Below, one piece after another: positions 27,159 through 39,400 of a stretch of DNA of 64,000 bases (within the stretch, counting starts at the first letter, position 1; each line of letters opens with the position of its first letter). The notes below the pieces were generated by a model. That model saw only the letters and a list, made by a program, of their open reading frames with translations. It searched no databases and was not told where the DNA came from. Source of the stretch: Eledone cirrhosa (Eukaryota); assembly GCA_964016885.1 (NCBI GenBank), contig OZ024743.1, positions 40,300,001-40,364,000 on the forward strand, written 5' to 3'. The translations under genes were made by a program, and so were the position numbers.

Positions 27159-27160
<2 letters not shown>
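25866..27160. repeat. ~560-bp non-coding unit: ~1.6 tandem copies (26252-27160) plus an inverted arm (25866-26255)
   Basis: aaatccaggattt occurs at 26252 and 26814. Segment 25866-26255 is the reverse complement of ~26655-27060. Confidence 0.85.
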
Positions 27161-27221
<61 letters not shown>

Positions 27222-27223
<2 letters not shown>

Positions 27224-29750
27224 CGAAGGAAGTGTGGTAAGGAACCAGAGTACTCAATGTTTAAACCCGACGGCTATTTCTGGATTAAATTAGAACTTTT
27301 AGCGTGGTAATAAATAGCCGAACTTTTCAAGGCATAATTCCTCATATGGTAAGATTGTAGTTGTCAAAAGTATTGGTCAAAATTACTTGTTAACACAATT
27401 AAATCTTTCATGGCAGTTTTTCCTGAACTTGCCTGTAGAACAATGAGGGAGTGGGTGGAGCCGGTCAAGCGTTGAAAGTGAATTCTATACATCAAATTCT
27501 AAGGAGTGTTTATGAAATTAGACTAGTGAGGAAGCAGGCGAAAAAGAACACTGTAAGGTGGACATTATAGAATTAAAGGCTTAATAAATTGAGATTAAAA
27601 GATAATAAATAAAATTTAAAAAATAATAAAATTAAATAGTAAAAATAATTTTAAAAATCTCTAAAGTCTAAAACAGTTGCTATATTTTTAGCTGGTATTG
27701 CGTTTTCGGCCAACGCTATATATAATTTACTGGGGTGGAGGTACTAGGGCTACAAAAGCCCGATGAGCTGCCTCGGGGTAGAAACATTAAAAGGAAGAGG
27801 AGGGGGAGTGGAAAGAAGTGATAAGAAGAGATAAAGGGAAAAAGAAAAGAAACAGAAACAGAAAAGAAGTACATCTACCTGGGGTTTCCCCTATCTTCCT
27901 ACAACCACCGCCTCTCTAACCATCCTAAAACCATCATCAATAACCTGGTTAAAAAGATCTCATTCCGCATATCTCAAATTATCTGCTAATGAGCAGATAT
28001 TTGATGAACATGCGACTCATTACAACCAGGCCCTCAAGCGAGGCGGCTTTCGGGACGAAATCTCCTTCTATCCAGCTGGCCTTAGCGAAACCAGCAGGTG
28101 ATGCCCTCGCTCACGCCTCGTGACGTGGTTCAACTCTCCCCACAATGCCGAGGTGGCAACACCAATGGGGAAAATCTTCTTTAGGCTCCTCGAAAAACAC
28201 TTCCCACCACAACACCGCTACCACAACATAATCAAAAAAACACTATCAATCTCTCTTACAGCACCACACCCAACTTCGTACAAAACATCGCCTCTTCAAA
28301 CAACAAGAAACTCAACCCCAATGGAGGAAACAAGCCAGACATTAGTGGAGACCCGACCAGGAGCTGTAACTGCCCTGATAGATCTTCGTGCCCCCTCAAC
28401 AACAGATGCCGAGAACGTAACATCATCTACCAATGCAACGTAAGGACGGAAACCTCCAACAAAGCTTATATAGGATTAACCGCTTGTGACTTCAAGACCC
28501 GCTTCTGACTCTACCAACACCGACATACATCCCGAAACCCGGCACGGCGACATGCCACTACAGTTTCGGGCCACAACTGGGACCTCCAAGATAACAACAT
28601 AACATACAATCTTACTTGGACCTTACTGTCGAGGGCTAAATCCTACAAGGGAGGGAGCCGTCCGTGTAATGCTCGGAGGAAACATTACAAATGTTGTTTA
28701 CGAAGGACCAACTCCTAAACAAAAAAGACGAACTTGTAACTGCATGGAAACACCGATTGCGGAGGACTTACCTCACCCTCAAACCCTCTCATGACCCGAG
28801 TGGGTAGACAATGGCTGCAACATCCTTCTTTTCCCAATTGCCGAACAATATAGGGGAAACCCCTACCTATGTATGGTGCATACATAGGTAGATGTATTTC
28901 TTTTCTTTTTCTTTTCTTTTTTTCTTTTTCCCTTTATCTCTTCTTATCACTTCCTTCCACTCTCTCTCCTTTTCCTTTTCCTTTTTCCTCTTTCGCCTAG
29001 ACCGAGGTAGCCCAAGGCTGTTGTAGCCTTAGTACCTCCACCCCAGTAAATTATATATAGCATTGTTCGAAAATGCAATATCAGCTAAAAGTATAGCAGC
29101 TGTTTTCGACTCTAGAGATTTAAAAAAAATATTTTTACTATTTAATTTTATTATTTTTTTATTTATTTATTATCTTTTAACTTAATTTATTAACCTTTTA
29201 ATTCTATAATTGTTTCTACTTTTGGCCCAAGGCCAGCAATTGTCCCAGTGTATTACTGATACCTAATTTTATCGACCCCGTAAGGATCAAAGGCAAAGTT
29301 AAACTCGGCGGGATTTGAAATCACAATGGCAAGGGCCGTAACTCTATGCGTCAAAGCATGGCGTACGACCCTCTACCGATACTGCCAATCCACCTATAAT
29401 CTCACTCTCTCAGTATCCTTTTTCACCTGCTTCCTAACTAGCCGAATTTCATACGCATTCCTTAGAATTTTCTGTATAGAATTCACTTTCAACGCTTAAC
29501 CGGCTCAACCCATTCCCTCGTTGTTCGACAGGCAAGTTCAGGAACCCCACCTCGCACCCACTGCCATGAAATATTTAATTATATTATCAAGAAATGTTGA
29601 CCAACCGTTTTGACAACACACAATCTTCCCATATATGGAATTACACCTTGAAAAGTTCGTTATTTATTACCACGCTAAAAATGTTAATTTAGTCCAGAAA
29701 TAGCCGTCTAAACGGCTTGAGCTCTGACGTCGGGGTTAAACATTTTCCTA
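27222..29750 (+). mobile_element. Penelope-like element 3, heavily 5'-truncated (thumb plus GIY-YIG only), with inverted arms
   Basis: NHPKTIINNLV, TWFNSPHN, CNCPDRSSCPLNNRC, IIYQC and YIGLT over 27900-28790. Segment 27222-27894 mirrors ~28850-29745. Confidence 0.85.
29211..29393 (-). mobile_element. Full-length SINE inserted in the PLE3 right arm with a 7-bp TSD
   Basis: ctataat at 29204-29210 and 29394-29400. The SINE is absent from the mirror arm. Confidence 0.85.
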
Positions 29751-30073
29751 TATATATATTGTTATATTTTCATATCAAAAACCTTGCAAAACAAATATAT
29801 ATATATATAAACTTTGATAGGTTTCGGCCAGGTTTGGCCCAGACCATGTCTAACTTAATAGCACCACCTGGCGATGTCTTACAAATCAGTGTTTGGGCAC
29901 CATGGCCCACTCGAGCAGAGAGTTATTGTTTACGGAGCCATATCCGCGATTTCTTGATATAGTAATAATAATAAATTTGAAGACTAAAATCCAAAGAGGG
30001 ATCGATAAGGATAAATATATATCAAATATATAAGAACCGTAGAGTAAATATTTATTAAAATAACAGTTTAAAG

Positions 30074-30152
<79 letters not shown>

Positions 30153-30277
30153 TATATAAATAACATATATATATATATACGTGTGGGTGTGTGCGTGTAC
30201 GTATATGAACGTCTTAATTTCAATATATGTACGTAGAGAGGTAAAAATAGAAATATGCATATATATATATATATATC

Positions 30278-30329
<52 letters not shown>

Positions 30330-30356
30330 CTTGTATATATATAAATATATATATAT

Positions 30357-31205
30357 AGGCATTGAGGATGACATCAACTTCGAAATCTTTAACCACTGTG
30401 AGTGTTTTAGCCAAATTGATAGCTCTAAGGAGAAGTGGTCAAGTGATAGAGCAGTAGTAATTATTGATGTCGAATTGGATAAAACGGCAATGTTCCTTGT
30501 TGCATATGCCGCTGAACCAATCAATCACCGCGAAAGAATTGTTCCACAGTGCAAGAGGGGCCAAACTTCTAATTTCAGGTATAATTCTATCAAGAAACCT
30601 TTTACTAAGTCTACCTAAATCGGACTTCGTGGGGTTAATAAGCCGAATAGACGGGTTGTTAGGAAAATTGGATTTGTGATCCTTCAGGGTAAAGTGGGGA
30701 GAAATAGGGTCCAGAGGTTCAGTCCGGGCCAGGATGTTGAGATCAGAGGTGATTTTAAACCCAGCATCGTTGATTTCATTAGTGACGCTCCGATTAGTTT
30801 TACGGTAATCCTTATGTAGCAATTGATAGTAAGTACTGCGCTCCATTTGATATAGATTGCCAGTTTTGTCGGAATGGACGTGCACGGCATTAGAATCCTT
30901 AATAGAACGAAATTATTCTTCAGGTCCTGCTGGAAGGAATTGCTCCTATTCCGCAATTTGATACTCCGTATGAGTTCCAAGACATCAAGGTAGCAATGCT
31001 GGGTTACACGGATGGTTATTATATGTTTTAAATCCAAATTTATTCTGTTTGTTGTCTGCTTTTCCCTATTATCGAAATAAAAGACGCGCCAACGCAACCT
31101 TTTAATGAACGCGTCTGTTTTCTGTATCAGAAGTTTTAGGTATGTTTTCCTGCTTGGTATGGGTATGTTCTTTGTAGAAATATTCAGGTGTTGTTTCTGC
31201 ATGAT
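30357..31205 (-). pseudogene. 5' half of a Penelope-like ORF (N-terminus to early RT)
   Basis: STKNIPIPSRKTYLKLLIQKTDAFIKRLRWRVFYF, SDKTGNLY, TLKDHK..RLINPTKSDLGRLSK and [10 protein letters not shown]. Confidence 0.85.
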
Positions 31206-31229
31206 GAATATAAGTCAATAGAGTGCTCA

Positions 31230-31290
<61 letters not shown>

Positions 31291-31297
31291 CGTGCGT

Positions 31298-31339
<42 letters not shown>

Positions 31340-31363
31340 GTGTGTGCGTGTGTGCGTATGTGC

Positions 31364-31413
<50 letters not shown>

Positions 31414-31479
31414 ATGTTGTCTCTGTTTCAGACGCTGCGAGAGTGTATTTGAATATATGTAAATATGTGAAGGCTCATC

Positions 31480-33490
31480 TCTAGAACAACCATGAAAACA
31501 GCTGTATGATGCCAAAGACAGCGATGGACAGAACTACCTCAGAAGACAGACACCAGCAAGGAGACAATCTACATGGTGGGTGACAGGCATATGAAGTATA
31601 GCAACATTTTAGTGTATGTGAATACTTATAAAAATGAGAAAACATTGCCCGCGAAAAGTCGTTAAAACAGCTAAATGCTGTCAAAATCAGATGACACAGA
31701 GACATGTGGTCACTGGTCAATAGTGTGACAATCCACAAGGTGGATGACAGGTAGATGAATTAAAGAAAAAATTGAAACAGTAGGAGGACAAGGAATAATG
31801 CGCTGGCGGACACAATTGATTGGAATAAGGAAATAAAGAAATGCGATGGACACGACAAGTTTACACATACATCATATCCCCCCCCCATCCCCATCAGCTC
31901 ACAAACCAGCATAATGCTTTTGTACGAATTAATTAAGTGTAACATTTTAAAATGATGGATCCTGCAACAGATGAATAAGTATTTCTCCTCAAAAGAAGTG
32001 TGTCTGATAAAACAAACAAGATCTTGTACGTCGCCTTGTTGATGCAAGGGTCTTTTCCATCAAAGATGATTTGTGCTTTCCGCTCTCCATTTTTCTCAAA
32101 TATGCCTTCCTGTCAATCTCCAATATATGCGTTTCTTTTTATGTAGTATCCCATACCACTTTCCTCTCTTTTGATATCATCCTATACACTGTCATCATTG
32201 AGAGATGGTGAACTATTTCCTTGTTTTCCGATCAATTACCTTCAATTCTTCTTTTGTCCATTGTACTATGCTTGCCCAATACCTATGTAATGCAACATCT
32301 CTCGGATATAAGGCCTGTACAATATATCCCCCCATTCAAACTGGATTTGAGGATCGCCGTCAATCTTGGAAAGTATTATTTTTTGTCAATTTCTTTCATT
32401 GTTTTGCTATATGGTTTTTAGCACACCTAGATATTTATATGCTTCGTGTGTTTCCATGGTAATTCTTTTAAATCACACTTCCCCATTTGTCCACGCATTA
32501 CCACTATCACTGCACGATTTGACATATCAAACTCCACCCCAATGTCTTTGGAAATTACTCTGACTGCATTACAATACTGAATAATTTTAAATCATCTTTA
32601 AACATTAAATGATTGACGTTTGACGTTGCTCCTATCTTTCCCTAGACTGTATCCGATTGGTCCGCATTTAAGAACATATGACAATGGTATCATTGCAACA
32701 ACAAACCAAATTAGTTATAAAATGTCTCCTTTGAAGATTACCCGGTTTATCTTCACTTTATCTAATCTTTCTCTTCTTGATGTCAATTCCACTTTCAATT
32801 TAGACATTGGTATTGACATTGTCTGATACTTTTCAAATATCCAATCAGTGAAAAATCCAAGAATGTACCATATTATCATATGTCGTCTTGTAGTCAAATC
32901 AAGCAGAGAACAGATTTGTGAGCCTTTTTTGCTGTTCTTCAATACATTTTTTTACAAACATCAGCTGGCAATCAGTTTCTTTATTATTACGTCTCTCCAC
33001 GAAAGGGAGCATTTCTCTCTCCATGTATGTGTACATTTTTTTCAGTTGATATTCTTGTTAAGAGCTTCCAGATGTAATTGGTCTGAAAATTGAAATGTTA
33101 TTAACCTTAAGCTCATCTTTCAGTATCAACCATGTATCAAGTGTCCTCCATTTTGGTAATCCTCCATAACTTAAGACTTTATCTAGCTGTTTAGTTATTA
33201 ATTCAAGTACTTTGTTGACATTTTGTAACCAGTGGTAATTTATATGATCTGCCTCACTTTTCATTTTAGCAACTTCCGCAACAGGTTTTTTTAATCATTT
33301 CTTTTGTTCTTTTGATGTTTTCTTGTTTCTGTACACCTGTTGCATGTTTCCCAGCGTTCTTTAATCAATCTTCTTCGTTATTGTGGTGAATTTTCTCCTA
33401 ATGAACTTCCAACAACAATACTTTATTTTCATATTTCTTTGGTTCTTTCGATTCTTACCAGTTTATCAAACAATCTATTTTGATTGTTTT
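31480..33490 (-). mobile_element. Highly decayed R4/Dong-like LINE fragment
   Basis: LPKW..WLILKD..FRPIT and VKINRVIFKGD (resembling IKRGIFQGD). Limits are uncertain. Confidence 0.6.
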
Positions 33491-33494
33491 TAGC

Positions 33495-33660
33495 GTCAAA
33501 CACCATGCTTTGCAGCATAGGATTACGGCCCTTTAAGGTCTGAGTTCAAATGTATCAAGGTTATCTTTGCCTTTCATGCTTACGGCGTCGATAGAATAAA
33601 CACCAGTAATGCACTGGGATAATTGCTGACCTTGTGCCAAAAGTAGAAACATTATTATTA
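33495..33660 (+). mobile_element. SINE copy ending in (ATT)n
   Basis: Carries the SINE B-box, core and tail. Confidence 0.75.
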
Positions 33661-33669
33661 TTTTTTTAT

Positions 33670-33790
33670 TAATGTTATTCTTTGAGTCTCTGTCATTGAT
33701 GTTATTTAACTGGAAAGTTTATTGAAATGAATATCAAGCCGCTACCTTTAGCCACAGATATCCAGGACGTATCGGAGGGTTCTTGCTGTT
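33670..33790 (-). mobile_element. 3'-terminal ~120 bp of the R4/Dong-like LINE
   Basis: Reverse complement of ~12231-12346 (aacagcaagaac...gagactcaaagaataa). Confidence 0.8.
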
Positions 33791-33791
33791 A

Positions 33792-34084
33792 TTAGTATCG
33801 GTAGAGGGTCGGACACCATTGCTTCGACGCATACAGTTACGGCCCTTGCCATTCTGAGTTCAAATCCCGCCGAGGTTAAATTTGCCTTTCATCCTTATGA
33901 GGTCGATAAAATAAAGTACCAGTAATACACTGTGTAATTGCTGGCTTTGTGCCAAAAGTAGAAACAATTATTATTCTTTGCCTTTCATCCTTACGGGGTC
34001 GATAAAATAAAGTACCAGTAATGCACTGTGGTAATTGCTGGCATTGTGCCAAAAGTAGAAACAATTATTATTATTATTATTATT
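33792..34084 (+). mobile_element. SINE with a duplicated 3' half, ending in (ATT)n
   Basis: The core and tail occur twice (33881-33974 and 33977-34084). Confidence 0.8.
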
Positions 34085-34298
34085 GAATGCTATGGTTGAC
34101 GGAGGCTCGGCTCTGTAAGGTACTGTAAATTTTGAACGCTTTAACAATTGTAAATTGTTTAAAACTTAGACCAACTTGTAGACAAAAACACCCTCCTCCT
34201 CGTGAGAGGGGTCTTTCTTCCCGTTATTTGGCCCTTCGGGGTTAAATAACTGCTTATTGGGGTTTGTACCCAATATTTGTTTTTAACAAAAAAACAAC

Positions 34299-36380
34299 AT
34301 GGCTACGAAAAAGAATTTGCATAGGTCACACCAACTCATTCCGTCTTCTTCTTCCTCAATCGTCACTACAGCAGAGAGAAGATTGTCTCTCTCCCTCCCT
34401 TCTTTAAATGTGTCTCTCTCCCTCCCTTCTCTTTCGCAAGTGACGAAAGAAAAGAAAAGTCTCGTGCAAAGCATGCAAGGTTTCTCCACGACGACGACGA
34501 CAGCGACGAAACAGGTGTGCGGGAAATACGAAAACCCAGTTCATTCGTCTGACGTCAGGAATAATAGCAGTAGCAGCCGTAATAACAACAGCAACAGTGA
34601 CAATGAAAACAACAGTAGCAGCCGCAACAGCATCACCAGCAGCATAAACAACAACAGCATTAGCAGCAGCAACACCAACAACAACCACAGCAACAGCGGC
34701 GGAGGCAGTAGTCGTAGTACCTGCAGCAACAACAAAAGTACCAGCAGCTCTGACGACAACAACAACAGCAGAGAAAAACCAATCTCATTTGCAGGTATTG
34801 CGAAAAACTTGGAAACAATCCTCATAACAAATGAGGAATTAGAGGAAGCGAAGAAGATGGTTACAAAGAACGGACACCGAGCAATCTGCAAGGCAGCGGA
34901 AAAATTTTTCGAAACCCAAGAGCACTGTACGGTCACGTACCGTACAGTAAGTACAAAATCCCGTAGGGTGGAAAGAGCCACAGAGGCCCAAATACAAAAA
35001 GCCTTGGGGTCTGTGTGGCAGCGGAAAACGCACATCACCCGAGGCAAAAAATATGCCACCGTAGACGTACTTTTTGCCACACCCCAGGAGGCAAAGGCCC
35101 AATCAGTAGTGACCCTAAGGAGCGAGGAAATGGTGTTGGTGCCCTCCTACTGTGGGCAAAAAATTGTGAGGGTCAAACTAACCCACGTCCCCCCCCCCGG
35201 AATGACCCCTTCTTGGCTGGCCGCGTCTGTCCTCGTCGGAATCGAGGACAAAACAACTGTACTGCAAGTACAGAAAAAAGTAAGAGAAGATTGGGTCGGC
35301 TCCTCCATTGAGATGCTAATCCAAACCAACCAGGAGTGCATCGAAGCTATCCCGGATGTGATAGACTTCGATAACGGCACTCAACTGCCCATAAGTGTTG
35401 AGGGCAAACGCCCGAAATGCTTTCGCTGTGGATCGAAGACTCACCTCAGGGCCTTCTGCAACGAGAAGACCCTGAGAAAGGAGAAAACCCCCCTCCTTCC
35501 GAATCCGGCTCCACGGCTACCAGCAACAGGACAAGCGGCAACCAGGAACGATAGGTCCGTGGCACCCATACCCACTCCACGGAAATCAAAAACAGCAACA
35601 GCAGTGGAAATATTAACAACAACAACAGCAATACCAAATGCAGCTGCAACAGAGACTCCAGTGCAAACATCACCAACAACAAGTGAAAGAGTGGAGCTGG
35701 TACCCCTCCCCGACCTCACAGAATCAGACATGGAGTGTGAGGTGGGAGAGGGATGGCAAAAGGTCGTAAGAAGGCACAAACGCAGAAGCAGCGCATCGTC
35801 GCCTTTGAAAAGGGAGGAAAGAAATGAGAAAAGGGTAAAGTCTACTGCAAAGAGACCCACAGCAGCAACAACACCAACACCATCACCACCCACACTAGCA
35901 CCACCATCACCACCGCCAACAACACCTTTAACACCACCACCACAAGCACCAACATCGCAAACACAACAACAAAACACACACACCCAGCAACAACGACAAG
36001 AAAATAGTAGAACCACACCCCACCCCCAGAAAAACAAATGCACGGCAATAAATACACACAACAAGAAACTAATGACTTACATAATTGAACACACAGACAT
36101 TTCACAACAGGACTACATAATACCAGCACCAATCAAAACGCCAACTAACATAAGACTGCTAAAAATAGCACAGAAACAATACACAAACATTAAAACGAAA
36201 TTCCCCAACGCAGTTGGTGATTTCAGGGACCTAGGAGGAACCATCAATCGAAGAGTATACTCAGACATTCTCTTAGAAGAGCCGACGACCAGCCGAAGGG
36301 ACGATTCAACGGTCCCTTCACCAGACGATCAAGTGAAAAGGGATGTAAAAACCATCCCTCCTCTACCAAAAGTACGGTAA
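34299..36380 (+). CDS. LINE ORF1 (gag-like, CCHC zinc knuckle), 693 aa
   Basis: Asn/Ser-rich N-terminus, SFAGIA motif, folded core, CFRCGSKTHLRAFC, and Pro/Thr-rich tail. Confidence 0.9.
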   Translation: MATKKNLHRSHQLIPSSSSSIVTTAERRLSLSLPSLNVSLSLPSLSQVTKEKKSLVQSMQGFSTTTTTATKQVCGKYENPVHSSDVRNNSSSSRNNNSNSDNENNSSSRNSITSSINNNSISSSNTNNNHSNSGGGSSRSTCSNNKSTSSSDDNNNSREKPISFAGIAKNLETILITNEELEEAKKMVTKNGHRAICKAAEKFFETQEHCTVTYRTVSTKSRRVERATEAQIQKALGSVWQRKTHITRGKKYATVDVLFATPQEAKAQSVVTLRSEEMVLVPSYCGQKIVRVKLTHVPPPGMTPSWLAASVLVGIEDKTTVLQVQKKVREDWVGSSIEMLIQTNQECIEAIPDVIDFDNGTQLPISVEGKRPKCFRCGSKTHLRAFCNEKTLRKEKTPLLPNPAPRLPATGQAATRNDRSVAPIPTPRKSKTATAVEILTTTTAIPNAAATETPVQTSPTTSERVELVPLPDLTESDMECEVGEGWQKVVRRHKRRSSASSPLKREERNEKRVKSTAKRPTAATTPTPSPPTLAPPSPPPTTPLTPPPQAPTSQTQQQNTHTQQQRQENSRTTPHPQKNKCTAINTHNKKLMTYIIEHTDISQQDYIIPAPIKTPTNIRLLKIAQKQYTNIKTKFPNAVGDFRDLGGTINRRVYSDILLEEPTTSRRDDSTVPSPDDQVKRDVKTIPPLPKVR

Positions 36381-36415
36381 GTGGTCTTTCCCATCTTTTC
36401 CACTCTATTTTAAAC

Positions 36416-39400
36416 ATGACCTCACTCAGAATAGGCAGCATAAATGCGCGTGGCTTGGGGTCGTCATGGAAGCAGGGTCACCTGCTCAACGACCTCAGGT
36501 CACTAAACATAGATGTAGTGGCCATCAGCGAGACCAGAATCTCCGAAGCACGGGCCTTCGTACCGATCTTCGGCGGCTACGATGTGTACGCATCTCCCAG
36601 CCGTCCTGGATCGGGTGGAGGAGTTGCTGTTCTTTTTCGGAGAGGTTTGGATCTCGCCATACGGGCCATCTTCCTGGACCCAGAGGGTAAGCTGGTGGTG
36701 CTGGACGTGACCAGCGGAGACGGGCAAGCTTTCAGGCTAGTGGCCGTCTATGCCCCGACAGGAGCAGGGCGGCCTGATTTATTCCGGCGTCTGGAGACCT
36801 TTCTTGGAACGTCCCGCTCTTTAGTGTTAGTGGGCGACTGGAACGGGATCTTAGATGCACGCTGGGACTGTGTGGGATTAGCGGATAGGGGTGGAGGGTG
36901 CAAGAGCCTCACCAACCTGCTCAGGCGTTTTGAACTGTCTGACAGGTACCGATTGGATTTCCCGAATGTGCCAATGTGGACTTGGACAAACCGCATAGGG
37001 TCATCCAGATCATATCTAGATAGAGTATTTTGTAGGGAAATAGATAGGTCTAGCATAGGCTGTCCACAATTCAAGATAGTCAGCTACACGGACCACAAAT
37101 TCTTGATCTGTGTGCTTGACTTAGATAGGCTTCATAGACGAGGACCCGGCTACTGGAAGCTAAACGCGTCCTTACCAGCGCGCAAGGCCTACAGAGACCG
37201 GATTAGCGAACTAGTTAAGCGGGCGTTGACGGGGGCCATCGTCAACAACAAGTGGTGGTTTGCTCTGAAAAGAGCGATTAGAATTGAATCGATTAGGTTT
37301 AGTAAGGCTTTAGCAATAGAGAAAAATAGAGCAGAGGGAGAACTAGTTAGAAAATTAGACGAGGCGCTTAGCAAAGGCATTGCGACCGACGTGCTTGCGG
37401 CGAAATTGGCCCTTGACCAATTCTTCAATGCAAAGCACGAAGGCTGCGTTGTCAGAGCTAGGGTGCGTGCTCTCAGACACGAGGGGACGAAAGCCGTTCA
37501 ATGGGCCCGAGTGGCGGAGGCGCGTCGTGGCAACAAAGCCACGATCCGGTCTTTGGTGGACCACGACGGGCGCATGCTACTCGATCCCGGGCAAATGTGT
37601 GAAGCTTTTCAGCGACACTTCGCTCAGCTGTTCGGGGGCAGCGGGGGGCCGGGTAGAGGGATGGACTTTAGTGTCTACCTCGACGGACTGCCGCGGCTCT
37701 CGGCCACTGAGGCGAAGTGTTGCGAAAAGCCGATAACAGCCGCTGAAGTACGGGAGGCAATGACTGGCTGCACAAGGGGTAAATCGCCTGGTTTGGATGG
37801 TCTGCCCTATGAACTTTACGTACAGATGCCAGACTTGTTCGGAGGCCTCTTGGCGGACGTCTACTGCAACTGGCAACAGAACGGGAGAATTCCCAGTTCT
37901 GTGAGCCGAGGAGCGGTGGCACTGCTGAGAAAGGATCCGAACAAGGGGGATAACATAGACAATTTCCGGCCCATAACTCTGCTAAACACAGAGTTTAAGA
38001 TTTTGGCCAAGGTGCTAGCAAAGAGGTTGGCGCTTGTCGTTGGTGGTCTGGTGGGAGAGGCGCAGACATGCGCCATTCCCGACAGATCCATCCACGACAA
38101 CCTCCACCTCATGCGATACATCGTAGAGAGGGTAGCTAGGGAACCTGGCACGGGTGGGTCCTTGATCAATTTAGATCAGTCGAAAGCTTTCGATAGGGTC
38201 GACCATCGTTACCTAGCGGCAGTCCTGAGGGCGGCTGGCTTTGGGCCCGTCTTCAGAGGCTGGATCGCTGCCATGCACAGCGACATCTGCTCTGTGGTGA
38301 GAGTGAACGGTCACCTGTCGGAACCGTTCAACATCATGCGCTCGGTCCGCCAAGGATGTCCCCTCTCGTCCCTCTTGTACGTATTGACTCTCGAGCCATT
38401 ACTGCACAAACTGGAGACGTTGAGGGGAGTCCCACGCGAACTAGGATGCGGAAGATCCGTGTCAGCATATGCGGACGATGTCACCGTAGTGGTGTCGAAC
38501 GCCAAACACATCGAGGCGATCGGCACTACACTAAGAGAATACGAAGCGGTGACAGGAGCAATGATCAACCAGGAAAAGTCAGTGGGCCTGCAGCTCGGCA
38601 CCTGGAGAGGCAGGTCCATGCCGTCCAACAGCGTCGTCGGGCGCTGGACGGACGGACCGGTTAAATTGCTAGGGGTCTGGTTCGGTCCGGACCTCCAGAC
38701 GGACAAAAACTGGGACGAGGTGACGAGCAGGGTGGCTTCTCTCACCCAGAAATGGGCGGAGAGGAAGCTATCACTGAAAGGTCGAGCGGAGGTGGCTAAC
38801 GCGTACATCGCGTCTGTCATCTGCTACCGCCTAACCGTCGTACCTTGTCCTAAGCCTCGCCTGACTGCGCTGGAGCGTTTGCTCTTTCGCTTTTTGTGGA
38901 AGGGACGTGCTCCGATGGTCAGGCGGTCCATCTGTTGTCAACACCCGCTACGTGGAGGGCTGGGCATGCCGTGGCTAATGATGCGCAGGCACGCGCTCAG
39001 GCTACGACATCTCCACCTCTTCCTCGACGGTGATCAGGTGTGGTCGCCGTTTGCTAGACGCGTTTTTCCCCAGCTCGTTTCCTTGACGGAGCTGCAGTCC
39101 TGGATCAAGCGAAGACCGAGAGGGAGCGCCTGGAGACTGGAATGTCTTCAGGCGCTCACAGCCCTCGACCAATCGGGCAATGTGATCGGTGGAAACTCCA
39201 CCTCGGCGTTCTATAGAGGATTAGTGGAGGGGAAGAGCGACGACGTACTTGGGGAAACTCTAGGCGTCGACGAAAATCAACTAGCCAATCTCTTCGGAAG
39301 AACTTTCGGGCCAGGGCCTATGGACAACTTCCAGAAATCTCTGGCCTGGCAGTGCTACCGAGGAGCCTTGCCAGTTCGGGATAAACTCTACAGGCATGGA

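Noticed and set aside
29690-29730. Hammerhead in the PLE3-family terminus (gccgtcgaaacggc)
   Set aside because: No CTGANGA in position and no valid UH cleavage site.
33792-33875. SINE heads as tRNA genes
   Set aside because: A/B-box-like motifs are present, but there is no cloverleaf and they are always attached to the SINE core.
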